In this document: positions 37,942-51,357 of the stretch, piece by piece
Position numbering within the stretch: position 1 is the first letter of the stretch
Layout of the letters: each line of letters starts with the position of its first letter
Assembly (NCBI GenBank): GCA_047495785.1
Contig: JBLDXI010000002.1
Span: forward strand, 62,001-126,000
Length of the DNA stretch: 64,000 nucleotides
Direction of reading: 5' to 3'
From: Lepidodermella squamata
Lineage: Eukaryota > Animalia > Gastrotricha
Translations under genes and position numbers: made by a program
The notes under the pieces: generated by a model
Told to the model about the DNA's origin: nothing
The model's database searches: none
The model's input: only the letters and a program-made list of their open reading frames with translations

Positions 37942-40900
37942 ATGTTCAGCGCACCATTTCTATTCCTTGCGATAAGTAGCATCGCCAAAGTATTGATGGC
38001 ACAGAGTAAAGCATTGAATCTTCGATCCTACTTTCAGTTAAGATTTCACGTTATTCAGTCACCTGTTCGCCACCGTGTGAGCCTCGAGGCGGCAATTGTA
38101 CAGCCCAAAATGTATGCTCGTGTTTGGCTCGTTTCACAGGGCCAGACTGCTCGATCAGTATGAGTTTGAAACACCTTCATAGACACATAAAACGAATGAA
38201 TTTTACAGCAATCGGAACCCCATTGTCGGATCCTGCTAGCTATTTACCGCAATATTCGTATTTTGGGGTGAACTTCAGTAAGCGCATTCCTAAAGCGTTC
38301 ACTTCACTTGAAAAATGATCTTTCCAGCCGACAATTGGGTTATCCGTAGTAATAGGGCTCTCAACAACTCAGCGGCTTGGCCGGTATATCTCACCCAGAT
38401 GGAGACAGGTACATATACTGGCTTCTGGAGTAAGGCGGTAAGGATTGCAGCAGTGATTGAACTCTTTTTAATCTAACATTCTGCAGATGATGCCGTTCAC
38501 TGACTTTTCAATCAACGTCACAATATTTGCGGACTATCCATCAAGCGATAGGCATGATGGCTATGGTATAGCAATCACCTCAAATTCTGGAACGGCTTCA
38601 TATCCTATTGGTTCCACAACAACTGGGAATAACTTCACGGGTCTACTCGTTCGCGCGATGCGATATTACGATAATTTCAACGTAATAAGCTCGCCGTTGA
38701 GTATCACTGGGAACTTCTCAAGTCTGTACAAGTTTCAGCTGTAAGCTATGACTGTAAGTGTTTCCTTATCTAGCCAACGTTGTACCGAGAGCAACGCTGG
38801 GTGGAGACACGTGGATGCGAGGACTGACCCACGTTGGCCTGGTCATTCGCAATGGCTCAGTTCTCTCGATGGACGTTTGCACTTTCGTCGGCTGTCGGGC
38901 TGTTTTTACCAATGAGGCACTTCCGAGATTTCTACCACTCACGGATATGAGTCTCCTGCGACCTGTTATCGGCGTGATCGCCTATAACTTCGCATATAAG
39001 AATCCGTTTCAGGTCATCGATCTCAGATTCTACGCGTTGAGTAAGCTCCGAAGCTGATTGAGCATTGAAATGTTGATAATTTGTTCGTAGATTCGGCTAC
39101 TGATGCTGCGCCGGGTGCTAAGCCAATTTGTATAGTACTGAATCTTCTTCCCTACTACCTGCTAACCTTTCACGCTATTCAGGTTCGCCACCATGTCAGC
39201 CTAGAGGCGGCAATTGTACATCCCAGAATGTATGCTCATGTTTAGCCCGTTTCACAGGGCAAGACTGCTCGATCGGTATGAGTCCAACTTCATAGACACC
39301 CTGAAAACCTCTGATTTTCACAGTTATTGGCCCGCCCTTGTCGGACCCTGCTAACTTTTTGCCACAATATTCGTACCTTGGGGTGAACCACTGTATGCTC
39401 ATTGCTAAAACAGACTGAGAAATGAAAACGTTCTCTTTCAGCCACTAACTGGTGGTTCCACAGTAACAAGAATGTTAACAACTCAGCGGCCTGGCCGGTA
39501 TATCTTACTGGGGTAGAGAATAATGTGGTAACTGGCTTCTGGAGTAGGACGGTAAGGATTGGAGAAGCGTTTGAATACATTATCATTTGAGACCCTACAG
39601 ACTATGCCGTACACTGATTTTTCAATCAACTTCACACTATTTGCGGATTATGCAACGGGCAGTGGCTTCGATGCGTATGGCATAGCAGTTACCTCGAATT
39701 CCGGATCATCTTCCTTTCCTATTGGCGTGGTGACAACTGGAAATAACTTCACGGGTCTTTTCATCCGCGCGATGAGAGCCTTTGACAATTTCAACATAAT
39801 AAGTTCGCCCGTGAGTATCACAGCGAACCTTTCAAGTTTGTACAGATGACAACTGTTAGCTATGACTGTAAATGTTTTCTTTCCAGAGGACGTTCAACCG
39901 AGAATAGCGCTAGGTGGAGACACATGGGTCCAAGGTCTGACCCATGTTGGCCTGGTCGTTCGCAATGGTTCAGTTCTCTGGATGGACGTATGCACTTTCA
40001 GCGCCTGTCGGGCTGTTTTTTCTAATATGGTACTACCGCGATTTCTACCACTCACCGATCAGAGTTTGCAGGGGCCTGTTATCGGGATAATAGCCTATAA
40101 CCTCGCGCAGTTTAGCAATCCTATTCAGCTCATCGATCTCAGGTTCTACGCGTTGAGTAAGCTCGAAAGCTTATTTAGCTTTAAAAATTTCGACAACATT
40201 TGTCACAGACTCGACTGACAGTGTGAAGCCAACCTGTTCGCCGCCATGTGAACCACGTGGCGGTAATTGTACAGCCATAAATGTGTGCTCCTGTTTAGCC
40301 CGTTTCACAGGGCAAGACTGCTCGATCAGTATGAGTTTAAACAAACTTCAAGCGCACAAGTAAAAGCCCCTTGAATTTATAGCCATCGGCACGCCGCTAT
40401 CGGATCCTGCTAGCTATCTACCGCAATACTCATATCTTGGGGTGAACCACGGTATGCGCATTCCTAAGACGGAATAAGAAATGAAAAAGTTCTCTTTCAG
40501 CCGATAACTGGGTGCTTAACACAAACAGGACGCTCAACAACTCAGCGGCTTGGCCGGTATATCTTCTAGGGTTTGAGGAAAAGACGGGGTCCGGCTTCTG
40601 GAATAAGGCGGTAAGGATTAGAGGAAGTTAGTAATTCCCGATCATTCAAGATCCTACAGATGATGCCGTTCACGGATTTTACAATTAACGTCACAATATT
40701 TGCCGATTATTCATCGGGTGCCTTCGATGGGTATGGCATAGCAGTTACATCGAACTCCGCAATAGCTTCATATCCTATTGGCGGGCTTGCAACTGCGAAC
40801 TTCAACGGTCTACTCGTTCGCGCGATGAGATACCAGGAATTTTTCAACGTAATAAGCTCGCCTGTGAGTGTCATTGCGAACTTCTCAGGTTTGCTCTAAA

Positions 40901-41919
40901 AGATACATACATGTAAGCGGTTTAAACGTGATTCTTCCAGCTAATGTCCAGCCGAGCGCAGCTTTATTCAGAGACAATTGGGTCAAAGGTCTGCATCACG
41001 TTGGCCTTGTCGTTCGCAATGGTTCAGTAATCTCGCTGGACGTTTGCAATTTTGGCGGCTGTCGGGCTGTATTTAGCAATCTGGTACTTCCGAGATTTCT
41101 GCCCCTCATGGATCCGAGCTTGCAGAGGCCAGTTATCGGGGTGATTGCTTATAACAGTGGCTTCAGGAATCCTCTCCAGGTCATCGATCTCAGGTTCTAC
41201 GCGTTGAGTAAGCTCCAAAGCTGATTTAGCTCTGAAATAAATGCGAGATGATTTAACACAGATTGGAATTATGATGTTGGGCCAGGTTTTCAGCCAACTT
41301 GTAACCCAAGCTGCGCAAAAGGCGTTTGCTCCGGCACCAACAAATGCATGTGTAGACCAGGCTGGACAGGACAGTTTTGCGCAAATCGTGAGTTTCATGG
41401 CATTAATTTCGTTCAAAAAGATCCAAAGAAAGAGAACAAATTAATATGGTCCGTATTTTTTGCTCAGCAAATATATTGCGACCAACATCGTTCTAAAAAG
41501 CAGTAATTTGACAGTTGTTGGGGGTAAACCTTAGGCGTTAGGCCTAAGCTGGATTTAAAACGTCCAAGTATAATATTAACTTGGGACGGTGGCAACAGAA
41601 GCTCCCCTTTCATTTCTTGAAATCAGCTTTGTTTCCATTTAGAAATCTGCGGAACCACGGTTTGTTCTCAGTCCGCATACTGTACGGCTCCTAACACGTG
41701 CACTTGCTTCGACAAATGGAAATCGGGTCCTGATTGTTTACAAAGTAAGAAGCTGATAGATAAGTATACGCCTAAGCTAACCATAAAACATCTATCTCTA
41801 TAGCTTTTTGCGACTGCAACGTTGCGAAGAGATGTGCTGTAATGCTGTGCGACTGCCCTGATGGTTACCAGCGTCGAGACTGCAACGCCAAGGATGATAA
41901 CATGTTCACGACATGGTGA
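37942..41919 (+). CDS. Secreted EGF + lectin protein E6 with three tandem EGF-lectin modules
   Basis: One signal exon; three MP(F/Y)TDF..DLRFYAL lectin repeats (~38490-39050, ~39600-40155, ~40660-41210), each preceded by an EGF exon; one C-terminal EGF-EGF-Cys tail. Confidence 0.75.
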
Positions 41920-42409
41920 AAGCCATCACATTTCAATGTCATTTTTTATCTTTGATCTAAAACTAATTGTTCACAAAATGCAGTTTAATAGTTGTATTTT
42001 TGTATGTAGCCTGTAACCTGTAACGTAGTTGAGTAGCGTTTCGAGAGGCTTTGTTTTACATGGTACAAAGCTCGCTATTTTTGAGCATTGTGAGGTCCAT
42101 TTTTACCCCATTTCACGACTACCCACCCCAATATCAAATGGCTAGAAATGCTACCTATCACCTAATTATTTATCATACACGTTACACTAATGGCTGGGTT
42201 AATTGACAGGCAGAGTGTGTTGTGCGTGAATCTAAATTTGACTTAAAACCGTGTGCGTTGCCATGTTTCAACTAAAAACTCCAATGAACAGAGAAAGATG
42301 CCATTGGAAGCCAATCAATACGAAGCTGTGTAACTGAAATACTGTACAACTTTATTCATAAAACTGAGGAACCAAACAAAGGCAAGGCTTAGAAGGATTT
42401 TCAATCACC

Positions 42410-43180
42410 ATGCGCAGCTTTTCTGGAAGATTCTTCTCGACAAATTCTGATAATTGGTGGCTGAAAAGTCATAAATGATGGCTGAAGGATAGACACCACT
42501 TCGGTCTGGTCATTCGCAGCGGCTCAGTTCTCTCTATGGTATTATGCAGTTGGTATTATGCGAGGCAATCGAGTTCTTGTGGAAACTGCCGGTCGTCGAG
42601 GCATCCAGCAGTCTGACGCATGGCACTTGTCTCAGGCCTCCGTTTTGATGTACATTGCAGTGCCAATCGTTGGCCATAAGTCTCAGACTGCACTGCCTGA
42701 TTGTAGGCCAAAGGTTGAGGTCGTAGAATGCTGGTAGCATAGCACGAATGTCAAGGCTGCCCAGGTTAAATTCATACCTTTCATACCGTGTGCCCGGCCA
42801 AGTTGGAGAAGCGTGCAATTGGATAGATCAAGTCAACAGTTGCTAGAGTCGGCCGAACGACCCATGTCCGGTGAGTCAGAGTTTGAATTTGCCATTGGCG
42901 CTATTTGGTCGGTCTGCATCCGCTACGTGCGTCAAGCTGTTACCAAAGTGCGTCAGAGACAAGGAAGATGCGCAGGTCATTGTGAGTGTATTGTATATAA
43001 GCAAGATGAAAAAATTGTGTGAAAAACAACAAGTTATTATCTTTTGGTTTATGAGTTTAATAAAGCCTTTTAGTGGTAACTCTTGGAATTAGCGTCTTTG
43101 CTACCTTTTCACAAATGCTATGTGATTGCCCAGGTGGTTATCAGCGTCGCGATTACAACGCAGCGGATGACGACGTTTGA
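42410..43180 (+). pseudogene. Internally deleted remnant of a B-type EGF-lectin gene
   Basis: Pieces of exon 1, NWWLKS and KDRHHFGLVIRSGSVLSM are juxtaposed at 42410-42550; last-exon remnant LCDCPGGYQRRD..ADDDV* at ~43115-43180. Confidence 0.7.
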
Positions 43181-44064
43181 TCATTGGGAGAAATGACTTC
43201 GACTTATATTAATAAAATATTCCGATTTATTGACCGATGGCAAGGCAGCAATTGATCGGCGCAAGGCAGCGCCGAGCTGGCAATCAGTGCAATTTAATGT
43301 TTTGTTAGTTCAAATACATTCTTCGGTGAACCAATAAATGATGACGACCGGCAAACTGTTAGTAGCCAATCGATTTCACATAGACGAGCAGAAATGTTGA
43401 ACGCAAAAATGTGCGCCTTTTATGCCTTGTACTCAACGCCACCTGAGAACACAGACAACTCTCTACGCTGTAAATTACAGTTGCACGATCAGTGTCGAGT
43501 TTTTAATTAATGATTGGGTTACCTTAGTACTCGACTGTTTAATCGACTAGGAATCTTGAGGCAGTAATAATAAAGGTTTTCAAAAGATATTTTCATCGTT
43601 ATCTGAAAGATAAAGCAGGACGTCCAGAATTTAAAGATATTGATCTTTCTTTAATTCCTTTCGGTCATTTGTTCGTTTCGGATCACCACAGCCTTGTTCA
43701 CTTGCATTTTGCCTGAAACCGAAGTAGGAGCAGTTTTTTAATAGCGTTGGAAAAGGCAGAAAAGCGACGTTTACAGTTGCTAGCTGGAGTAGGAACGATG
43801 CTCAAACGCAAGCATGGCATTGGCACAATTTTTATACCCTATTTAGAATTGATTCAGCAGTAAAACACGTGGTGTTATTGTGTGATTTTGAAGGACATGC
43901 TAAGCGGGAGTGAGATATTTTGCTCAATCGATTAGTCACATGGCATCGGATTTTCCGATGAAACCTGAATGCTAAAATATCTCATCAGTCATAATCAAAT
44001 CAAATAACAAAGTTTGTTCAGCTGAAAATTACTGGAAAGTGTCCAGGCTCGAAGGCTGAAAACT

Positions 44065-46335
44065 ATGGTTTTCGGTACATTGCACTTCGCAATTCTAAGC
44101 ATCCTAGTAGCAGAAGTCGCAACGCAGTGTAAGCTCGAACCCGTGGAACTAGTATTTTTCTATTATTTTTATGGCTTAAAACTGGAATAGCTTGCACGGG
44201 GCAGTGCGCTAATGGGGGAACTTGTCTTGGGACAGGAGTTTGTGGCTGCGTTTCTGGCTGGACGGGAGCTAACTGCACTGAAGGTAACTTTATAATTCCT
44301 AATTTCATATTTTCTCAGAAATTCTAGCAATAATTGAAACTTTAGTACATAAATACTAAAAAACATTTATTGCTGATGATTGATTGTTTTTCTTCAGCTA
44401 TTTGCTCAACACCGTGTCAACCGCGAGGCGGAGCTTGCACCGCCCCAAATGTCTGTACCTGCCTAGCTCGTTTTACAGGTTCGGACTGCTCCACGAGTGA
44501 GTTTCTTGCCAAACTAATTCGATCCTGACCTTGGAATTGTTACCTTTAGTAATTGGCAACCCTTTGTCAGATCCTAACCGCTATCTCCCGCAATATTCGT
44601 ACATCGGAGTGAATTACAGTCAGTTATTTTGGTTTTAAATACGCCCAATCAATTAAGAAGTATTTACAGCTGAAAATTGGTCGCTCGGAAGCAATTTGAA
44701 TTTGAACAATTCCGCATCAGGTTCAGTTTTTCTAAGCAGGAACGTTATCCCTGTCTTCACCGGTTTCTGGAGCAAGCGGGTAGGTTTCCCTTTGTTTCCA
44801 ATAATCAGTACTGTTCGAAACTTCGCTCCATAGACTATGCCGTTCACTGATTTCACAATAAATGTCACCATGTTAGCGGATTATCAGTCTGGAAGTGGCT
44901 TTGATACGTACGGAATAGCCATCCTCTCAAACTCAACAACAATCGCCCAACCAACCAATTCGTCTTTTAAAATTAACAATTTCGCGGGGATTCTGGTTCG
45001 TGTAATGCGATGGAGCAACCAATTCAACGTTGTCTACTCAAACAAGAGCGTTGCGCCTGATTTATCAGGTAGGAATGTTACAAAATTGATGACGTAAAAC
45101 TATGCTCTCGGAAGCTTATATCCAACCTCAGGCCCCGGCCCAGGGTGACACCTGGCTCCAGGGTCGGCACCACATCGGACTAGTCGTCCGCAATGGCTCC
45201 ATTCTCTCACTGGACGTTTGCAGTTTCACGGCTTGCCGAGCGGTTTTTACCAACGTAGCGCTGCCAAAAATCCTGCCGCTAAGTGATATAACGATGCAAC
45301 AGCCTGTAATCGGGCTGATAGCTTACGCCAGCACCGCATATCGTACGCCCATTCAACTTGTCGATCTGAGGTTCTACCCGCTTAGTATGTCGAGGAATTA
45401 TACCTGAGATGTGAAAAACCTCTTGTTTAATTTAGGCTGGAAATTTGATACGGCGCCTGGTTACAACCCAATTTGTGATCCAAGTTGCGCTAATAATGGT
45501 GTTTGCCTAGGAAGCAATAAGTGCAGCTGCAGGCCAGGCTGGACTGGCCAGTTCTGCACGAATCGTGAGTTATTTGATGCCCACGATTTGAGAGCCCAAA
45601 CCCAGTCGTAATAAAGTAGATCTAAATTTGCAACTCGTAGTAGTAGATCCTATCGTAAGAATAAGAGCTTATACGTATGATCCTAGCCTATTCAGACAGC
45701 GGAGTTAGGAATCATCCGTACCAGTTCTATCTAGCAAGGTGAACTCTGTCAGAAGACCAGAAGGGGGATCCCTATGCCAATTTCTTTAATCCTGACCAAA
45801 TCTGCTGTCCTACTTCGCTCTCTGAGCCTATTAGATGGACCATAAGTCAGATATTTTGCCATTCAGCATTGAGCTCTGTATCTACTGATTTTCGTCTGGA
45901 AAATATTTTTTGTTTACCTTTTGCTTCCTTCTCTATAAATCTCCTTCTCAAGTCACATTCGGGTCATTTCTCAATGCCGTTAAGTGAGTTGCAAGATTTC
46001 TCATATGAATTCTATTGAATCGCATTGAAATCAAATGACTGAAGACTGGCATTATTCTTGCAGAAATTTGTGGAACCACGATATGCTCACAAGCAGCTTA
46101 CTGTACGGTCCCCAATACTTGCACGTGCTTTGACAAATGGAAAACTGGCCCTGATTGTTTACAACGTACGGGTGGCTACTTAATTAGCAAATAATTTCAC
46201 AAGTTTAGTGATTTTTCAGCTTTTTGCGATTGTCAAGCAGCAAAAAGATGTGCTGTAATGCTGTGCGACTGCCCAGATTTCTATCAGCGCAGAGACTGCA
46301 ATGCTGCGGATGATGAGATAACGCTATCGAAGTAG
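44065..46335 (+). CDS. Secreted EGF + L-type-lectin-like protein E7
   Basis: Signal MVFGTLHFAILSILVAEVATQ, two EGFs, lectin-like domain, EGF-EGF-Cys tail ending DEITLSK*. Confidence 0.8.
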
Positions 46336-46578
46336 CAAGTCCCACTTTCAAAACTTGCATATCTTCAACAATTTCTGATATGTAAAATCTATCTATCTTT
46401 GTCCCGAGATGAAACTCATTTTATTCGGACTTCAAAATAAATAACTATTAATCATGTTTCTCATGGCAGCGGATAATCAATTCTTAATTTCGAAAAATAA
46501 ACTTAGACGCATTTAACAAGATGAGAAGAGATTATGGGGTTTCTATCTGTGTATTTCCAAGCGTTGCAATTCCTTTCA

Positions 46579-48458
46579 TTATTGGCACTTGCCGCAGGTT
46601 GAAACAATCGTTTGGTTAGTGCCCGGCCACAATTTCGCCTTAGCCAATGCGTTGTTGTAAAGCTCGAAGTTCTTATTGCCGCCAAGTCGGGTCCAGACGC
46701 CAATAGGGTCGTACTCCTCAATGGTAAACGGATCGCCCTGGTTATCGTAGGTATGCGGCTGGATGTTGAAGAAAGTGTAGCGTGGCTCGCCCTCGCCGTT
46801 AGAGTCGAACTTAAAGGCTGGATGGCCAAACTCGCTGGCATCGACTGTTTGCGCCTGGATGCTCTTCAGAAGACCAGCAGCGTTCGATTTCACCTTGTTG
46901 ATGCAGTCAGGGTTGTTGAAGTCCTTCGCACCGGGGCAGGCGCTGGAAAGATGCTGGTGGAGACCCTGGGCACCAGCGACTACGGCGAGGTACAGCAGCT
47001 CAGCTCCATCGTTGACTGGCAGCTCGGCGTCATCGAGCTGGAAGGTGCTCACTGAAACACGAAGAATAACATGAGATAATCAATAATATCGACCGAAATT
47101 ACCATCGCATGGGAAGTATGGATCGTCAAAGCCGCACTGGAAGCGTTGCTCGAAAAATTCTGGAAAAAACACGTCAATAAAAGCAATCAAAGGCGTAAAT
47201 CCTTATACCGATGAGCCATGGCGAGGCACTGCCGGACTTGACAGCTTCAATAAGACGGCTCGCATCGAAAACAACGCCAGTCGTGCGATTTGGGGGGTGG
47301 CCGATAGTCGTGGCGATAGCGCCCTCGACGACATCTTCGTACCCTCCAATGGGGAACTGCCTCGACCAGTAGTCACCACCGATCAGTTGGAAACGGGGTC
47401 TTTCCGCGCCGGACATCTTCGCAGCCTTGTTTTGCTCCATCTTAATAGCGCCAATCAGCCCCTCGAGGGTGGTGTCCTCACAGAAGCAGAGGACAGTCTT
47501 AGCCGTAGCATTTTGCTGGAGGTTCTGGACGATTTTGCCGAACTCATAGCTGGAGCGGGATGTCAGAACCGTTGGCGCCATTTGATCGCTGGCGACGCAG
47601 ATTTTGTTCTCAGCTAGACGAAGACGAAGGTCATCGGCACCCATCTCCCCGTACAAACCTTGGCTGTAGACAAGGTGGACGCAGTCCTGGCCCAGGGTTT
47701 TGATGACATCAGCCAGAGCTGAGGCTTGGTGAATGTCGGACGGGCTGGTTCGCGAGAACATTTTGTAACGACGTCTGTCTGAGAGATCGCCCAACGTAGC
47801 GCCACTGTCGATGAGAGGAATGTCGAAGAGCTCGAGCAGCATGGTCAACGGCAGGCTGACTCGGGAATTGTAGCCTCCTACAACGAAGGTAACAGGTCCG
47901 TACGAGTCGGTGATGTTGTCGATTTGTCCGAGGGTTTCGTCGATTTTGTACCCGGTCCATCCTGAAGCGCGGATGAGGGCGATGTTGGGCAGGGAGCACG
48001 AGTCGAGGATGCTGTAGCCGAGTTGCAGACCGGGTAGAATGTCGGTACGGCGGTTGATGGCATCGATCATGCTTACGAAAAAGTTGGCCTGAAGTACCTG
48101 CTCGACATCGAGCTCACCACAAGCAAACCTTATAAAGAGTTCAATAATTATAAATGTCCGAGCCTTTATCTTTTAAAATTTTGAAATTATTGAAAATTTT
48201 CAAGAGTGAATTTAAGTTTCAATTTCTTTCAAAATTTCAGAATTGTTATTTCTACTTTTGCCATCTCATCAAATCTAAGTATATTGATTTCCAAACTCAC
48301 CGAGGGTCATAAGGAAATCGAAGAGTGGCGTTTGGTCGATGAATCGGGAGGACCAGGCCAATATTGAAGTCGGCGTACTTGCTCCACATGCCAGCTGGTG
48401 CCGAGTGGGCAACGCCAAGCATAGCTAAGGCGACCAACGCAAAAAGGCCACCTGACAT
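46579..48458 (-). CDS. Secreted mGluR-like Venus-flytrap-only protein G1; exons 48458-48301, 48128-47209, 47159-47103, 47051-46579
   Basis: Signal MSGGLFALVALAMLGVAHS; IGLVLPIH, INRRTDILPGLQLGYSILDSC, ATLGDLSDRRRYKMFSRTSPSD, SQGLYGE, GGDYW, FDSNGEG. Stops at VSTCGKCQ*; no TM. Confidence 0.85.
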
Positions 48459-48648
48459 TTCTCTTAAAATTCCCTAAAAAATAAGACGCGCAATCAACCT
48501 TAGATCAGCTTTTTTGGACAAAACTATCGCACGACATCGATTCTCATTTTGAAGCTAACTAATTGGAGGAAGTGCTTTAAAAATAGCTCAATTATCTTAA
48601 AATTGGCAGAAATAATCGGATTATGTTAAGCTTAATTCCAATTTAGGC

Positions 48649-50824
48649 CTAGCAAGTGCCGCAAGTCGACGTGACTTTGGGGATAGTCGCGAAAGCCGCC
48701 GTAGTATTCAAGGCAGAGGCGGATTTCCAAGAGGCTACAACCGTGTACTTGCCCTTGCTGTACCAGTTGAAGTCGTAGCTGTGGGGAAAAAATAGGCATA
48801 AAGCGCCTTAAAATTTGTTAATGGGTAACTTACTTGGCGAAACCGTCGCCATTTTTGTCGAAAATTGGGTTATTGCCATTCTTCGCGCTGACAATCATAG
48901 AGTAGAGCTCGGGAGCTTTTTGGCCAGCGTTGATGCCTGGCAGGCATTCGGTCTTGTTCGTGGCAGAGCAGGAGGTGGCAACGAGCTGATCAACGCCATC
49001 GATAACAGCCTTGACGGTATCAACCATAGTGCCGTAGAACGAACCGACTATCTGAACATCGGTCGCTGACAGGGCAATCTTCGAAACTATGAAACAATCG
49101 TGAAACATCTGAAATAAGCATCTTTGAAGCTTAACCTACCATCGCATTTGGACGATCCTGATCCGGCAAAGGTGCACTTGAACTTGGTTTCGATGTATTC
49201 TAAGATTAAAAACATGAAATAAGGAAAGTTCGAAGGTTCGGGAATACCTTTTGTGTAAGGGTCCATTGTAGCCGTATCCTTGATGATGTCATTGAGCGTC
49301 TTGGGGTCCGGACGGGCTGATGAGCTGAGACTGATCGCGATCGCATTTTCAGCCGCGGCCTCAACACCAGTCAGATCGAAACTGGTTCCCCAGAACTCTG
49401 ACGCCAGGATCTGGTACGAAGCTTTAGCCTTGGTAATGCTTCTCAACAGAGAACGACCGGTGATTTCTTCGCAGAAGCAGACGACTCCCTTAGCTGTCGC
49501 ATTCTTGCCAATGTTAGTGACAATCGTGTCGAATTGGGCAGCGGCGTCGGCTGTTTCGAAGGCTGGGGCTTGTTGGTCGCTGGCAATGCAGACGCCGAGG
49601 CGCTTCAGCTGCTTCCTGAGGTCGCTAGCTCCAAGGGTGCCGTACAGGCCCTCGCTGTAGACGATGTGGACGCAGCCGAAGCCGAGCTTGCTCGCCATAA
49701 CAGCGATTGCGTTGACTTGATTAGTGTCCGATGGGGCTGTGCGAGCGTACATTGGGTAACGGCGGCGGTCGGCGAGGTCAGATGACGTAGCGAAAAAGTC
49801 AATCAGGGGAATATCAACCTGAGCAGAATGAAACAATTTAAAAGGAGTATAACAACACCAGGCAGATGCAACCCTTTTAGGTATCTAAGAAAAATTGCTT
49901 ATGACAGGATCCTTTTACTAAATTAATCTTGCAGAAGGCTGCTCTTCTGAGGTTCCCGCGCCCGTTGGTCATCTTTAAGATGGCTCCAAAATTAAAACGT
50001 GAATCCCTAGGAATGAGACCCTTGGATTGGGTCTGAAGGGGTTAACTATAAGGTGGATTCCCTATCCTATCCTATCCCTTTTGCTAGCTTCAGAAATCCA
50101 CCTTAAAGTTCCCTAATAGAGCTCCCTGGTGATGAGGCTATGTGGGCCGGAGGTGGGCGCTCTGGGGTGACCCATGGACCTAATGGATCCCTAAGATTGC
50201 TCCCAGGGTGATCCCTTGGCTCCCATCGAAATGGTACCTTATCTAATTTGTTGACTCTCTGTTGACTGTTGATCCCTCTTTTCAGAAACCTATTCGAATA
50301 CCTGTTGGAGCATGACGGCAAGTGGAGCAGAGACGCGAGAGTTGTATGCGCCAATGACGGCAAGGGGCGGGGTCATGGTCGCCATGGGGTCGTTGGGCGC
50401 AGACAGGCGCATGACCTTTGACACTGCCCAGGGTGTCGCGACGTCAATAGCGTGAGACGGGAGCTTGCACGAGTCAATGATGTTGTAGCCGAGCTTTAGA
50501 CCACCGAATTTCTTGGCGTCATTCGCGGCTTTGACTGCGGCGCGGAAAGCCGGCACCAAGAGGGCGACTGAGGGTGACAGGGCGCCGCATGCATACCTGG
50601 AAATTGAAATAGTTCACCTAACGTATGGGGAGGATGGTTCAATGTTCAATGTACCTCATGTCATAGGAAACCACCATACTAGCGTTGTTGTCGTGAATCG
50701 GCAGCACCAAACCGATTTGAATGTCACCATCTTCGACCCAGATGCCGCGAACATCACGGCCAGCATCGACAAATGCAGCCGAGAGCGCGGCCAAACAAAC
50801 TGCGATGCGAACAAAACTCGCCAT
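48649..50824 (-). CDS. Secreted mGluR-like flytrap-only protein G2; exons 50824-50655, 50596-50302, 49818-49248, 49199-49140, 49086-48834, 48778-48649
   Basis: Signal MASFVRIAVCLAALSAAFVDA; IGLVLPIH, LGYNIIDSC, GAYNSRVS, ATSSDLADRRRYPMYARTAPSD, SEGLYG, FDKNGDG. Ends VTSTCGTC*. Confidence 0.85.
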
Positions 50825-51357
50825 TTAGCTGTAACACTGAACCCTAAATTCGAAGAAATTGATAAAGAATGAAAAATCAAAATTTAACAGAAGGTAGAAT
50901 TTCTCTCACAGATCGAGGTTATCACATTTATTTGTCAAGTCTTTTGTTTTTCCAGAATCGTGTTTCTTTCAATTTTTTTCGTTTTATTGCCCTTTTTCAA
51001 TAGCATTCTGTCGAATCATGCCTTGGATAGCTCCTGTCTGCTAATTCGCGCTTACAGTAGGTGCAAGCGCCGGCGTTTTATAACTGCCAGATGATAATGT
51101 ATATGGTGCGACAAGCGCGTTGACCGTAGCAATAAAACATTTTATTACACCCCAGCACCACGTTGCAATAAAACTAACTTTTTATTAGTCGCGCATTTTA
51201 AAAATATTATGATTAAAAAAAATAAGCTCAATTTATCGAGAAAATAGGTTGAATGGCATATAAATTTCACGTCTTTCGACCCGTATATCAATCGATTCGT
51301 CTCGCTACGCTCTATCGATTCCTATATGTGAGAAATAATGTTTTTCGGAATCATTTT

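Noticed and set aside
42550-43090. Possible LINE endonuclease remnant inside the lectin pseudogene (FNLGSLDIRAML)
   Set aside because: Only a few residues resemble the motif; not supportable without a search.
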